Source: Patescibacteria group bacterium
GTDB lineage: Bacteria > Patescibacteriota > Microgenomatia > Woykebacterales > 2-01-FULL-43-14
NCBI GenBank assembly: GCA_023485445.1
Contig: JAMCZT010000026.1
Location: forward strand, 5,708-69,707
Direction of reading: 5' to 3'
DNA length: 64,000 bases
The translations under genes and the position numbers were made by a program. The number at the start of each line of letters is the position of its first letter. Position 1 is the first letter of the stretch. Positions 39,477 to 49,003 of the stretch are shown here, piece after piece. Below the pieces are notes generated by a model that made no database searches, was not told the DNA's origin, and saw only the letters and a list, made by a program, of their open reading frames with translations.

Positions 39477-40886
39477 ATGGAAGATCTAATGGAAAAGATT
39501 GTTTCCCTGGCTAAACGTCGGGGTTTCGTTTACCCTGGTTCCGAACTTTACAATGGGCTAGGAGGAACTTGGGATTACGGTCCACTTGGCGTAGAGATGA
39601 AAAATAACATTAAAAAGGCGTGGTGGAAGGCGTTTGTTCAGGAACGGGACGATGTTGTCGGCTTAGATAGTGCGATTGTTTTGAATTCAAAGGTGTGGGA
39701 AGCTTCTGGGCACGTGAGTAAATTTGCCGATCCAATGGTAGACTGTAAGAAATGCAAAAAACGTTACCGGGCCGATCATTTGGCGCAAGAGTTGGAAAAG
39801 AAAAAACTTCCTGAAAAAGAGGAGGATATCTTAGAAGAACACAACTTGAATGCTCATCCGGAAGTGATTAAAGATTTAAATGAAAGATTAAAAGGAGCGA
39901 CGTGTCCGGCTTGTGGAGGAGCCTTGACGGAAGTTCGGCAGTTTAATTTAATGTTTAAGACTTTTGTGGGGCCGGTTGAAGACAGCAGTTCGGTTGCTTA
40001 CTTGCGCCCAGAAACGGCCCAAGGAATTTTTATCAACTTTAATAATGTGTTGGATTCTTCGCGAAAAAAGATTCCCTTTGGAATCGCTCAGATTGGCAAG
40101 GCTTTTCGAAATGAAGTCACTCCAGGAAATTTCCTTTTTCGCTCTCGGGAGTTTGAACAAATGGAAATTGAATTTTTCGTCAAACCGGGAACTGATGAGA
40201 AATGGTTTGAATACTGGCGAAAAACTTGCCTTGATTGGTTCTTGGAGCATGGAATAAGAAAAGAAAAGCTGCGCTTAAGGGATCATGAGAAAGATGAGTT
40301 GTCCCACTATGCCAAAGCGGCGACCGATATTGAATACGATTACCCTTTTGGTGGTTTCGGAGAGCTGGAAGGAATCGCTAATCGGACTGATTTTGATCTC
40401 ATTCAACATTCGAAATTTTCAGGACGGGATTTAAGCTATTTTGATGAACAAACTAAAGAAAAGTTTATTCCTTACGTGATTGAACCTTCTTTGGGGGTTG
40501 ATCGGGCGATGCTCGCCTTCTTAATTGATGCTTATCAGGAAGAACAAGTGGGGGAAAACGACGTTAGGGTCGTGTTGAGATTTCATCCTAAGGTTGCTCC
40601 CATTAAAGTTGCGATTTTTCCTTTAGTTAAAGATGAAAAACTGATCAAGATGGCGAGAGATCTTTACAGAAGGTATCAATCTTTCTGGATGATAGCTTAT
40701 GATGAGGTGACCTCCATTGGCCGTCGGTATCGTCGTCAAGATGAAATCGGTACGCCATATTGCCTCACGGTCGACTTCGATACTTTAGAAGATAACGCAG
40801 TAACAGTGCGGGATCGGGATAGCATGAAACAGGTACGGGTAAAAATCGAAGAACTTGATAGTTATTTGATGACCAAGATTTGCTGA
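39477..40886 (+). CDS. glyQS: Glycine--tRNA ligase (single-chain class II GlyRS)
   Basis: YPGSELYNGLGGTWDYGPLG and the FRNE / FEQMEIEFF class II motifs. 469 aa. Confidence 0.92.
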   Translation: MEDLMEKIVSLAKRRGFVYPGSELYNGLGGTWDYGPLGVEMKNNIKKAWWKAFVQERDDVVGLDSAIVLNSKVWEASGHVSKFADPMVDCKKCKKRYRADHLAQELEKKKLPEKEEDILEEHNLNAHPEVIKDLNERLKGATCPACGGALTEVRQFNLMFKTFVGPVEDSSSVAYLRPETAQGIFINFNNVLDSSRKKIPFGIAQIGKAFRNEVTPGNFLFRSREFEQMEIEFFVKPGTDEKWFEYWRKTCLDWFLEHGIRKEKLRLRDHEKDELSHYAKAATDIEYDYPFGGFGELEGIANRTDFDLIQHSKFSGRDLSYFDEQTKEKFIPYVIEPSLGVDRAMLAFLIDAYQEEQVGENDVRVVLRFHPKVAPIKVAIFPLVKDEKLIKMARDLYRRYQSFWMIAYDEVTSIGRRYRRQDEIGTPYCLTVDFDTLEDNAVTVRDRDSMKQVRVKIEELDSYLMTKIC

Positions 40887-40897
40887 AATAAAAAGAG

Positions 40898-40925
40898 AGG
40901 TTCGACCCTCGCCAGAGTCGAACCT
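40898..40925. terminator. Bidirectional intrinsic terminator between convergent glyQS(+) and the ACP-like(-) gene
   Basis: 9-bp stem aggttcgac/gtcgaacct with A-rich and T-rich flanks. Confidence 0.6.
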
Positions 40926-40938
40926 TTACTCGAAAAGT

Positions 40939-41289
40939 TTAGGCTCCGTTGTATCCTTTCGTTACTTCCGCCCAACCTCTCTCTTTTTTCATCGAAACCA
41001 GTTCTTGATAGTAGTCCACAAGATCCTGGACGGTTTTGAGTCTCTCGTAGATTTCTCCTTGGTTGCGTTGTTCTTTCTCGGAAAGGGTTATCCCTAACTC
41101 GTTTTCCATATTTATGCAGATGTCAGTTAATTCCGTGAGGCTCAACTGTAAGTCGTGGAATTTGGTATCCGCGCCTATTTTCCTTGGCCTTATTTCCGAA
41201 ATAACCGTTCGAACGGCTTCGAAAACGTCAACACCAGTTTTCATTTCTCCCTCCAGAATGATCCGGATAAAAATCGAGCCGATTGGCAA
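40939..41289 (-). CDS. Divergent acyl-carrier-protein-like protein. The four-helix ACP core has LSL in place of the DSL phosphopantetheine site, and there is a C-terminal extension.
   Basis: FHDLQLSLTELTDICINMENELGITLSEKE aligns to the ACP helix II region ([22 protein letters not shown]). The true start is probably the internal MKTG.... Confidence 0.45.
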   Translation of the reverse strand: MPIGSIFIRIILEGEMKTGVDVFEAVRTVISEIRPRKIGADTKFHDLQLSLTELTDICINMENELGITLSEKEQRNQGEIYERLKTVQDLVDYYQELVSMKKERGWAEVTKGYNGA

Positions 41290-41334
41290 ATTTTCTCTAC
41301 CAATCGGTCTCGTTGCATTGTTTGGTGCGGATTA

Positions 41335-41571
41335 TCAAACGACGTGCGTGTTGATGTAATCGATAGCGTTCTGGACCGTCCTGATCTTTTGAGCCTCTTC
41401 CTCAGAAATTTCCATCTTGAATTCTTCCTCTAAGGACATGATTAGCTCGACAAGGTCCAGTGAGTCCGCGTTCAAGTCATTGACAAAACTTGCCGTTGGA
41501 ACAACCTTTTCCTCTTCTACTCCTAGTTGTTCGCAGACGATTTTCTTTAGACGCTCCATTGTTTTATCCAT
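41335..41571 (-). CDS. acpP: Acyl carrier protein
   Basis: 78 aa, [20 protein letters not shown] with a canonical DSL site. Confidence 0.9.
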   Translation of the reverse strand: MDKTMERLKKIVCEQLGVEEEKVVPTASFVNDLNADSLDLVELIMSLEEEFKMEISEEEAQKIRTVQNAIDYINTHVV

Positions 41572-41710
41572 GTTTATCTCTCCTTTTGCTTTTTAGTGAA
41601 TTCTCTCCAGGGTGGAATGATTATGAATCTTAGCAGGGAAGTGGGTAAAAGTCAATTACTCTTTGGCCACCCCATAGTAAAAAGAAGTCTGTTTCCACAC
41701 ATGGAAAGGG

Positions 41711-41780
41711 TGTTGACAAGGGGTCAAACTAGCCTTAAGATATATAAAAGTGGTAAAAAGTGGTAAAAAGTGGATAAATA
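41711..41780 (+). promoter_or_regulatory. mraZ promoter (TTGACA at 41713-18, TAAGAT at 41735-40, 16-nt spacer). Three 10-bp-phased direct repeats GTGGTAAAAA / GTGGTAAAAA / GTGGATAAAT follow at 41750-41779.
   Basis: Read directly from the sequence. By established knowledge MraZ binds phased GTGG[GT]-type direct repeats upstream of its own gene. Confidence 0.7.
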
Positions 41781-41798
41781 CACGGGAGGGACAGCAGG

Positions 41799-42230
41799 GT
41801 GTTTATCGGTGAGTATCAGCATTCAATAGATTATAAGGGGAGATTATCAGTACCTAAAAAATTTAGATCTCAGTTAGAAAGTGGGGCGGTTGTGACCAGA
41901 GGGCTAGACGGTTGTCTTTTTTTATACACTAAAGAATCTTGGGAGCAACTTTGGGGAAAGCTAAAAGAGCTGCCTTTGACCCAAGGAGATGCGCGATCCT
42001 TTAGCCGATATCTTCTCTCGGGGGCAGTGGAAGTAAGCTTTGACCAACTGGGCCGGGCAATGGTTCCGTCTTACCTTCGCGATTATGCCCAGATCAAAAA
42101 TGAGGCGATGGTAGTGGGAGTCGGTGACCGGATCGAGCTTTGGGCTAAAGATAGGTGGGAAGACTACCGAGTTAAAACTGAAAGCACTAGCGAAGAAATC
42201 GCCGAGAAACTAACTGGTTTGGGAATATGA
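41799..42230 (+). CDS. mraZ: Transcriptional regulator MraZ
   Basis: GTG start with RBS gggaggg. MFIGEYQHSIDYKGRLSVP is the canonical MraZ N-terminus. Confidence 0.93.
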   Translation: MFIGEYQHSIDYKGRLSVPKKFRSQLESGAVVTRGLDGCLFLYTKESWEQLWGKLKELPLTQGDARSFSRYLLSGAVEVSFDQLGRAMVPSYLRDYAQIKNEAMVVGVGDRIELWAKDRWEDYRVKTESTSEEIAEKLTGLGI

Positions 42231-43123
42231 ACGAAATCATCCATAAACCTGTCCTTTTAAAAGAATCTATAGAAGCCCTAAATGTTATTCCAAACGAAAA
42301 ATACGTCGATGGGACCGTTGGGGCCGGAGGACATTCTTGCGAGATTATTAAGAGCGGGGGAATCGTACTAGGGATTGACATGGATCCTGAGGCCTTAAAA
42401 ATCGCTCGAAAGACATTGGAAGATTGTTCGGAAGCAAAGACGAAGAGGTTTACGCTAGAGCAGGAGAACTTTGCCAATTTAAGAGAAATAGCTGAAAGAA
42501 ACGATTTTTTGAACGTAAGTGGGATCTTATTTGATCTGGGTTTATCAAGTTTTCAACTGGATTACTCGCCGAGAGGTTTTAGTTTTAAACGCGCTGAACC
42601 ACTAGATATGCGGATGGACCCGAGTTTGGGAGTTACGGCCGCTGATTTGGTTAACGGCCTGACGGAAGGAGAACTTTATGAATTATTTACTAAATTTGGT
42701 GAGGAGCCTTTTGCAAGACTTATTGCTCGTCGTATTGTCACCAGCCGCTTGAGTAAGAAGATCGCAACGACTTCAGAATTAGCCTTTCTTGTTGAACAGG
42801 CGGTTGGTTTTAGGGGTAGACGAGAAAAAATTCACCCCGCGACAAGGGTTTTTCAAGCTTTAAGGATTGCGGTCAACGATGAATTAAATAATTTACGGGT
42901 CGTTTTACCGCAAGCCTTAGCGTTGACAAAAAGTGGCGGAAGAGTGGTGGTAATTAGTTTCCACTCTTTGGAAGACCGGATCGTGAAAAATTATTTTTTG
43001 GAAGAAGGAGAAAAAGGAACGGCCAACGTTTTAACAAAGAAACCGGTGACCGCCACCGATGAAGAAGTTATAGAAAACCCTAGAGCTAGAAGTGCAAAGA
43101 TGCGAGTGATTGAGAAAGTTTAA
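42227..43123 (+). CDS. rsmH: 16S rRNA (cytosine1402-N4)-methyltransferase
   Basis: HKPVLLKE...VDGTVGAGGHS and FDLGLSSFQLD motifs. Confidence 0.93.
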   Translation: MNEIIHKPVLLKESIEALNVIPNEKYVDGTVGAGGHSCEIIKSGGIVLGIDMDPEALKIARKTLEDCSEAKTKRFTLEQENFANLREIAERNDFLNVSGILFDLGLSSFQLDYSPRGFSFKRAEPLDMRMDPSLGVTAADLVNGLTEGELYELFTKFGEEPFARLIARRIVTSRLSKKIATTSELAFLVEQAVGFRGRREKIHPATRVFQALRIAVNDELNNLRVVLPQALALTKSGGRVVVISFHSLEDRIVKNYFLEEGEKGTANVLTKKPVTATDEEVIENPRARSAKMRVIEKV

Positions 43124-43147
43124 ATTTAGAAGGAGTTTACTAATAAA

Positions 43148-43516
43148 ATGAATACCTGCCAAAAAGAAATTAATTTTCTTACATCAAAAGTGATGATGAA
43201 CCGAAGAAAGAAATGTAAAACGGGAAGTTTTTTTCTTGGCTCTAAACTACTTTTGTTTGTCTTAACTTTGTCTATTATTTCTTTAAGCTTACTGCAACTT
43301 TTTATCTCTAATAAGTTAGCTACCGAAGGCGAAAAAATTAAGCAGGACGAAGTTTTATCTCAAAAATTGGCTGAGGAAAATATCACCCTTAAAAACGACC
43401 TTCAGGCCCTCGGTTCCCTCTCACGAGTCGCTCAGATTGCCCAAAACCAAGGTTTTGTAAAAGTGAGTAAAGTGGAATCTCTTAATCTAAATGGGGCCGT
43501 CGCAGCATTGAGATAG
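43148..43516 (+). CDS. ftsL: FtsL-like cell-division protein (single TM plus coiled coil)
   Basis: Positioned between rsmH and ftsI. TM at LLLFVLTLSIISLSLLQLFI, followed by a coiled-coil region. Confidence 0.55.
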   Translation: MNTCQKEINFLTSKVMMNRRKKCKTGSFFLGSKLLLFVLTLSIISLSLLQLFISNKLATEGEKIKQDEVLSQKLAEENITLKNDLQALGSLSRVAQIAQNQGFVKVSKVESLNLNGAVAALR

Positions 43517-43525
43517 TTTTGCATT

Positions 43526-45334
43526 TTGAATTTTTTAATGTTACCAAACAGAATCAAGTTTCTTCTAATTTTCTTTTTAATTTTCTCTATCGCTATCGTG
43601 ATTCGGTTGTTTTATTGGCAGGTAATTGAACATGACCGTTTGACGATCATGGCCGAAGATCAACATTTTTCGGCAATGGATATCCCCGCTAAGAGAGGCG
43701 AAATTAAGACTTCAGATGGCTCTGTGCTAGTTTCCAATCAGCCAGCTTATCTCGTTTATGCTTCGATCCCTAATCTAAAAGAAAAACCAGAAGAGATTGC
43801 TAAAAAGATTGCCCCTATTTTTTGGAACCTTGACGAATCCCAAAAAGTGGTTCAGGAGACTCAGGAAACTGTTGGTCAGGAGGAAGAAGCGAAAAAAGAC
43901 CTGAAGGATTTGGCGAAGGAAAAGGAGGATGGGATAAAAAAGATCGAGCAGGATTTGAAAAATAAATTAGATCAGCCAAGTTTAGTCTGGGTTTTAGTTA
44001 GAAAAAAGGTCCCAACTGATTTTTTTGAGAAAATTAAAGCCTTAAAGATTGAAGGAATCGGTTGGGAAATGGAGCAAACCCGCTTTTACCCAGAGGCGTC
44101 GATGGCGGCCCACCTGACTGGGTTTGTTGGTTCCGACGCTAATGGTAATGATAAGGGTTACTTCGGTTTGGAAGGGTATTACAACGAAGATTTGAGAGGG
44201 ACGGTCGGAAAATTGCGGCAAGAGATCGACGCCCAAGGCCGACCGATTTTGGTTGGGGAGCATGTCGATATTCCTCCTAAAGACGGACGGGATTTGATAA
44301 CTACGGTTGACCGGAGTGTCCAGTACGTCGCGGAGCAAAAATTAGAAGAAGGGGTGAAAAAATACGGGGCAAAATCAGGGACGGTCTTGGTGATGGATCC
44401 AAAGACAGGTGGAATTTTGGCCGATGCTTCTTTTCCCCGTTATGACCAAAGCAAATGGTCCCAATACGACAAAGACATTTATAAAAACCCTGCGGTAGCA
44501 GATACTTACGAGCCTGGTTCGACTTTTAAAACGGTGGTGATGGGGGGAGGATTGGACACGGGAGTGGTCACTCCAGACAGCCGTTGCGATTGTAGCGGCC
44601 CTCGCGAAGTGAGCGGGTTTAAGATACGTACTTGGAATGATAAATATTATCCAAACTCGACGATGGTAGAAGTCCTGCAACATTCAGATAATGTTGGAAT
44701 GGTAACAGTGGAAGATAGGCTTGGGAAAGAAAGATTTTTAAAATATATCAACGATTTTGGTTTTGGAAAAGCTACCGGAATAGACTTGGAAGAGGAGACA
44801 GACGGGATCCTGCGGGATAGCAGTCAGTGGCAGACGATTGATCTGGCAACGGCCTCTTTCGGTCAAGGGATTGCGGTAACTCCATTGCAAATAGTCCGAG
44901 CTGTTGGGGCGATCGCTAACGGCGGAAAGCTCATGCAGCCTTATGTGGTAAAGAAAATTGTGGACTCTTCCAAAGAAATTGAGATTAAGCCGAAAGTGCT
45001 AAGACAAGTGATCAAGCCGGAGACCGCCTCGACTTTGGCTGAAATGATGGTTAAGGCGGTGGAAGGTGGAGAAGCGAAGCGCTTAATCCCAAAAGGTTAT
45101 CGGGTCGCGGGAAAAACTGGGACAGCTCAGATCGCGATTGAGGGGCATTATGATCCTAAGAAAACAATTGCTTCGTTTGTAGGTTTTGCCCCAGCTGAGG
45201 ATCCAAAATTTGTAATGCTGGTAAAAGTAGATGAGCCATCTTCTTCCCAATGGGGTTCCGAAACCGCTGCGCCTCTTTTCTTTGATATTGCCAAAGAACT
45301 TTTTACCTACTATGGTATTCCCCCTGGTCAATGA
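43526..45334 (+). CDS. ftsI: Peptidoglycan D,D-transpeptidase (class B PBP, FtsI/PBP2-like)
   Basis: N-terminal TM and dimerisation domain. Transpeptidase motifs STFK (GSTFKTVV), SDN (HSDNVG) and KTG (AGKTGTAQ). Confidence 0.9.
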   Translation: MNFLMLPNRIKFLLIFFLIFSIAIVIRLFYWQVIEHDRLTIMAEDQHFSAMDIPAKRGEIKTSDGSVLVSNQPAYLVYASIPNLKEKPEEIAKKIAPIFWNLDESQKVVQETQETVGQEEEAKKDLKDLAKEKEDGIKKIEQDLKNKLDQPSLVWVLVRKKVPTDFFEKIKALKIEGIGWEMEQTRFYPEASMAAHLTGFVGSDANGNDKGYFGLEGYYNEDLRGTVGKLRQEIDAQGRPILVGEHVDIPPKDGRDLITTVDRSVQYVAEQKLEEGVKKYGAKSGTVLVMDPKTGGILADASFPRYDQSKWSQYDKDIYKNPAVADTYEPGSTFKTVVMGGGLDTGVVTPDSRCDCSGPREVSGFKIRTWNDKYYPNSTMVEVLQHSDNVGMVTVEDRLGKERFLKYINDFGFGKATGIDLEEETDGILRDSSQWQTIDLATASFGQGIAVTPLQIVRAVGAIANGGKLMQPYVVKKIVDSSKEIEIKPKVLRQVIKPETASTLAEMMVKAVEGGEAKRLIPKGYRVAGKTGTAQIAIEGHYDPKKTIASFVGFAPAEDPKFVMLVKVDEPSSSQWGSETAAPLFFDIAKELFTYYGIPPGQ

Positions 45335-45428
45335 TTCTGTTAGTAGTTTTGTTCTTCCAATGATTGTAGTATTGGTATATTTTATTATTCCAATTTACTT
45401 GTTTTCGTAGATAAGTGCCTAGGCATTA

Positions 45429-45475
45429 CGACACTAATTGTTAATGGTTTAATAACAATTAGTGTCGTTTGACAT
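45429..45475 (+). terminator. 15-bp perfect hairpin (cgacactaattgtta / taacaattagtgtcg, 9-nt loop) followed by tttgacatttt, downstream of ftsI
   Basis: Read directly from the sequence. Confidence 0.55.
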
Positions 45476-45509
45476 TTTATCTTTACTTTCGTTGTGCTAC
45501 AATTAAAAC

Positions 45510-46787
45510 ATGGGAAAAACAACCGAAAGGATCCCAAGATCTGTTAAAAATATTTATCATTTTCTTCGCGCTGTTGCGGCTAATGTTTACCATGGTTTCC
45601 CCGCTAGAAAATTGAAGGTAATTGGCGTCACTGGAACGGATGGAAAGACAACGACGGTTAACCTTATTTACCATATTCTAAAGATTGATGGTAAAAAAGT
45701 GTCCATGATCTCGACGGTAAACGCCGTAATCGGAAAAAAGGAATACGATACCGGTTTTCACGTCACAACCCCTGACCCATTTGACGTCCAGAAGTATTTT
45801 AAGCAAATGATCGATGCGGGAAGTGAATATGCGGTAGTTGAAACCACTTCCCATGGTCTTGACCAAAACCGCGTTTTGGGGGGAAATTTTCAAATAGGGG
45901 TGATTACTAACGTTACTCATGAACACCTCGACTACCATAAAACCTACGACCGTTATCTTCGGGCGAAAGCGAAATTACTTCGAGGTGTCAAGAACAGCGT
46001 TCTAAATGGTGACGACGAGTCATTCGGAAAACTCTCTCTTTTAGCTTCGGGTAAGATTACTAATTATGGTTTGAGAAGTGAGGCAGATGTTAAAGCGAAG
46101 AATATTGAATACAGCTCTGACGGGTCAGATTTTTCTTACAGTTACCTTGATGAAGGCAACCATCGGGTGGAAATGGCGGTAAAACTCCCCCTACTTGGGG
46201 AATACAACGTTTATAATGCTTTGGCGGCGATTTCCGTGGCAAAGGTTTTGGGGATTGAGGATCGTGTGATTAAGAAAGCCTTAGCAAGTTTCAAAGGAAT
46301 TATCGGCCGGATGGAAAAAATAGAGAATGACCGAAATTTCAACATTTACGTTGACTTCGCCCATACTCCAAACGCCTTAGAGAAAGCTATTCAGACGATA
46401 AAACCGATAACCAGCGGGAGGACCGTTGTTGTTTTTGGGGCAGCTGGCTTGAGGGACACTAAAAAGCGGCCCTTGATGGGGAAAGTTGCCGGAAAGTTGG
46501 CTGATTACACAGTGGTCACGGCGGAAGACCCGCGAACGGAAGATCTAAACCAAATCATGGCCGAGATATCTGAAGGGATAGTTCGCTCGGGAGGAGTCTT
46601 AAACAAAACTTTTTGGATGGAAGGCGACAGACAGAAGGCGATTAACTATGCTATCCGGAAACTGGCTAGAGCGGGGGATACGATTATCATCTGCGGGAAA
46701 GGCCATGAAAAAAGTTTGTGTGTCGGAACAGAAGAAATTCCTTGGTCGGATCAGGAAGCCGTGAAGAAGGCTCTAGAAGAGGTTTAG
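45510..46787 (+). CDS. murE: UDP-N-acetylmuramoyl-L-alanyl-D-glutamate--2,6-diaminopimelate (or L-lysine) ligase
   Basis: Mur ligase P-loop GVTGTDGKTTT and Mur-ligase central and C-terminal domains. The N-terminal domain is short. Confidence 0.85.
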   Translation: MGKTTERIPRSVKNIYHFLRAVAANVYHGFPARKLKVIGVTGTDGKTTTVNLIYHILKIDGKKVSMISTVNAVIGKKEYDTGFHVTTPDPFDVQKYFKQMIDAGSEYAVVETTSHGLDQNRVLGGNFQIGVITNVTHEHLDYHKTYDRYLRAKAKLLRGVKNSVLNGDDESFGKLSLLASGKITNYGLRSEADVKAKNIEYSSDGSDFSYSYLDEGNHRVEMAVKLPLLGEYNVYNALAAISVAKVLGIEDRVIKKALASFKGIIGRMEKIENDRNFNIYVDFAHTPNALEKAIQTIKPITSGRTVVVFGAAGLRDTKKRPLMGKVAGKLADYTVVTAEDPRTEDLNQIMAEISEGIVRSGGVLNKTFWMEGDRQKAINYAIRKLARAGDTIIICGKGHEKSLCVGTEEIPWSDQEAVKKALEEV

Positions 46788-47555
46788 ATGAAGATGGTGA
46801 GTTTTGAGAAAGAAATTGCGGCGATTGTTTTAGCGGGAGGAAAAGGAACGAGGATGAATTCAGCAAAGCCAAAGGTTTTGCATGAGATAGCCGGCCAGCC
46901 GATGATCTCCTATAGTTTGGATGTCCTTAGGGGATTAGGTTTAAAGAAAATCGTAATCGTGGTAGGATATGGAGCGGAGGAAGTAAAATCTTTCTTAGGA
47001 GAAGTTTATGACTACGCTCTTCAAGAAGAACAGCTCGGGACTGGCCACGCGGTAGCTTGGGGATTAAAAGAAGTGTCCAGTGAATTTAGCCACGTTTTGG
47101 TGGTTTACGGAGATGATAGCGGCTTTTATAAAAAGGAAACTCTCAAAAGTTTGGTTGATCAGCATTTAGCAGGTCAAGCAACTTTAAGTTTCATTACTTT
47201 AGAAAAAATTAATCCAGCAGGATTGGGAAGAATCGTTCGTGATAGTGATGGAAAGGTGATCGGAATCGTCGAAGAGAAAATGGCAACTGAGGATCAAAAG
47301 AAAATAACGGAAGTAAATGATGGCTGCTATATTTTTGAAAGAGATTGGTTAGATAAAAATTTAGACGAAATTAAGTTAAACACCACGGGAGAATACTACT
47401 TAACAGATTTGGTAGCGGTGGCCCTAAAAAAGGGGGTAAAAGTGAGCACCTTCAAACTGGTTGATAAGACGCAATATGTTGGAGTAAATACTCCCGAACA
47501 GCTCGAAATAGCGGACCAGCTAATGAGAAAAAAGTTAAATGAAAAAAGGAGGTGA
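46788..47555 (+). CDS. Standalone sugar-nucleotidyltransferase resembling the GlmU N-terminal uridyltransferase domain. It has no left-handed beta-helix acetyltransferase domain.
   Basis: AIVLAGGKGTRMNSAKPKVLHEIAGQPMI matches the GlmU N-terminus. The protein ends at 255 aa with no hexapeptide repeats. Confidence 0.72.
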   Translation: MKMVSFEKEIAAIVLAGGKGTRMNSAKPKVLHEIAGQPMISYSLDVLRGLGLKKIVIVVGYGAEEVKSFLGEVYDYALQEEQLGTGHAVAWGLKEVSSEFSHVLVVYGDDSGFYKKETLKSLVDQHLAGQATLSFITLEKINPAGLGRIVRDSDGKVIGIVEEKMATEDQKKITEVNDGCYIFERDWLDKNLDEIKLNTTGEYYLTDLVAVALKKGVKVSTFKLVDKTQYVGVNTPEQLEIADQLMRKKLNEKRR

Positions 47556-47558
47556 AAA

Positions 47559-48230
47559 ATGCGAAAAGTTATCCTTTTTGATATCGACTACACTTTGATC
47601 GATACTGATTTGCTGCGGGAAGAGTTCATGGGCAGTTTGGTTAAAGTTTTGCAAAGGGATACCGGTTCAAACCTAGAAGCAATTGTAAATTCCTTGATCA
47701 ACATTGAGATGCAGTTGATTACCGAACGAGGAAAATTTGAGCTGGGGCGATACTTAGGAATGATTGCTGAGAACTATCCGAGTTTGGGTAGTTTGAAGAA
47801 TGACTTGGAAAAAACTTTTTCTTCAGAAGAGATGTTTACAAAGGTAGTTTACCCAGAAACTAGAAGCGTGTTAGAAAAGCTTCAAGGGAAAATTACCGTG
47901 GGCGTATTTTCTTCCGGCGACGTGAGTTTTCAACGTAGCAAGCTATCTTTAAGCGGGTTGGATAAATATATGAAGGAAGATGACATAAATATTTTTGAAC
48001 ATAAAAGGAACAACATTTCGGCTCTTATGGATAAGTATCAAGAAGCTGAGTTAATAGTGGTCGACGACCGAGCCGAAATTTTAGAGGGGGTGAAGAAAGT
48101 TCGGCCTGATGCGCTTACCCTTTGGGTAAGACGAGGTAAATTTGCCCAGAAACTTCCCGAGACGAAAGAATACGCCCCTAGCTATGAGATTGACGATTTA
48201 ACAGAGATTTTTCGGGTGATCGAGGTTTGA
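47559..48230 (+). CDS. HAD-superfamily hydrolase
   Basis: The N-terminal ILFDIDYTLIDT DxD motif I. Confidence 0.6.
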   Translation: MRKVILFDIDYTLIDTDLLREEFMGSLVKVLQRDTGSNLEAIVNSLINIEMQLITERGKFELGRYLGMIAENYPSLGSLKNDLEKTFSSEEMFTKVVYPETRSVLEKLQGKITVGVFSSGDVSFQRSKLSLSGLDKYMKEDDINIFEHKRNNISALMDKYQEAELIVVDDRAEILEGVKKVRPDALTLWVRRGKFAQKLPETKEYAPSYEIDDLTEIFRVIEV

Positions 48231-48946
48231 AGAGAGTGCAAAATAGTTTTTCTAGAATTTCTTGGCTGTGGTGTGGTTTTTCTACTCGCGAGTGGGGCGA
48301 TCTAAGTAAGGAATCATTTAGACGACGAGACACAAGTTTTAATACTTTTGCCCAGAGCTTGGGAGTGACGCTAGAGAATTTTGTTTTGATGGGTCAGGTG
48401 CATGGTAATAATGTGAGAATAATGAATCAGAGAGATGCAGGTTCAGTAATTGATCAAACCGATGGCTTGGTAACCAAGGAGAAGGGTTTGGTCCTGGTAG
48501 TTCAAACAGCTGATTGTTTACCGATTCTGTTTGCGGATGTGTCGAAAAAAATTATTGGTGTTGCCCATGCGGGTTGGCGAGGGACTTTAGCTGGCATTGG
48601 GGCGAGCGTGGTTAATTCGATGACGCAGCTAGGTTCTGATCCTAAAGATATTTTAATTGATTCTGGCCCTTGTCTGGGCCCGTGCCATTTTGAAGTCAAG
48701 GAAGACGTTTTTGTTTTATTTAAAGACAAATTTGGAGCTGATAAAGATATCAATATTGAAAGAAAGGGAAAAACTTTCCTTGACCTGAGAAAAGCAAATT
48801 TTAAGCTGCTTTTAGAAGCGGGGATAAATCCCCTCAACATCAAGACTGTCGGTCGTTGCACTTACTGCCAACCAGAGAACTTTTTTTCTTTTCGAAGAGA
48901 TGGGAATGATTTTAGGCAGATGGGGTGGGTTGGTATAAAAAAATAA
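48227..48946 (+). CDS. pgeF: Peptidoglycan editing factor PgeF / YfiH (Cu-oxidase_4, DUF152) family
   Basis: HGNNV, TADCLPILF, AHAGWRG and the C-terminal CTYC motifs. Confidence 0.85.
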   Translation: MKRVQNSFSRISWLWCGFSTREWGDLSKESFRRRDTSFNTFAQSLGVTLENFVLMGQVHGNNVRIMNQRDAGSVIDQTDGLVTKEKGLVLVVQTADCLPILFADVSKKIIGVAHAGWRGTLAGIGASVVNSMTQLGSDPKDILIDSGPCLGPCHFEVKEDVFVLFKDKFGADKDINIERKGKTFLDLRKANFKLLLEAGINPLNIKTVGRCTYCQPENFFSFRRDGNDFRQMGWVGIKK

Positions 48947-49003
48947 AATCAAATGAATTTTGAATTTAAGTAAAAAAGAGTTAATTTATTGTTAAGGGAA
49001 AAA

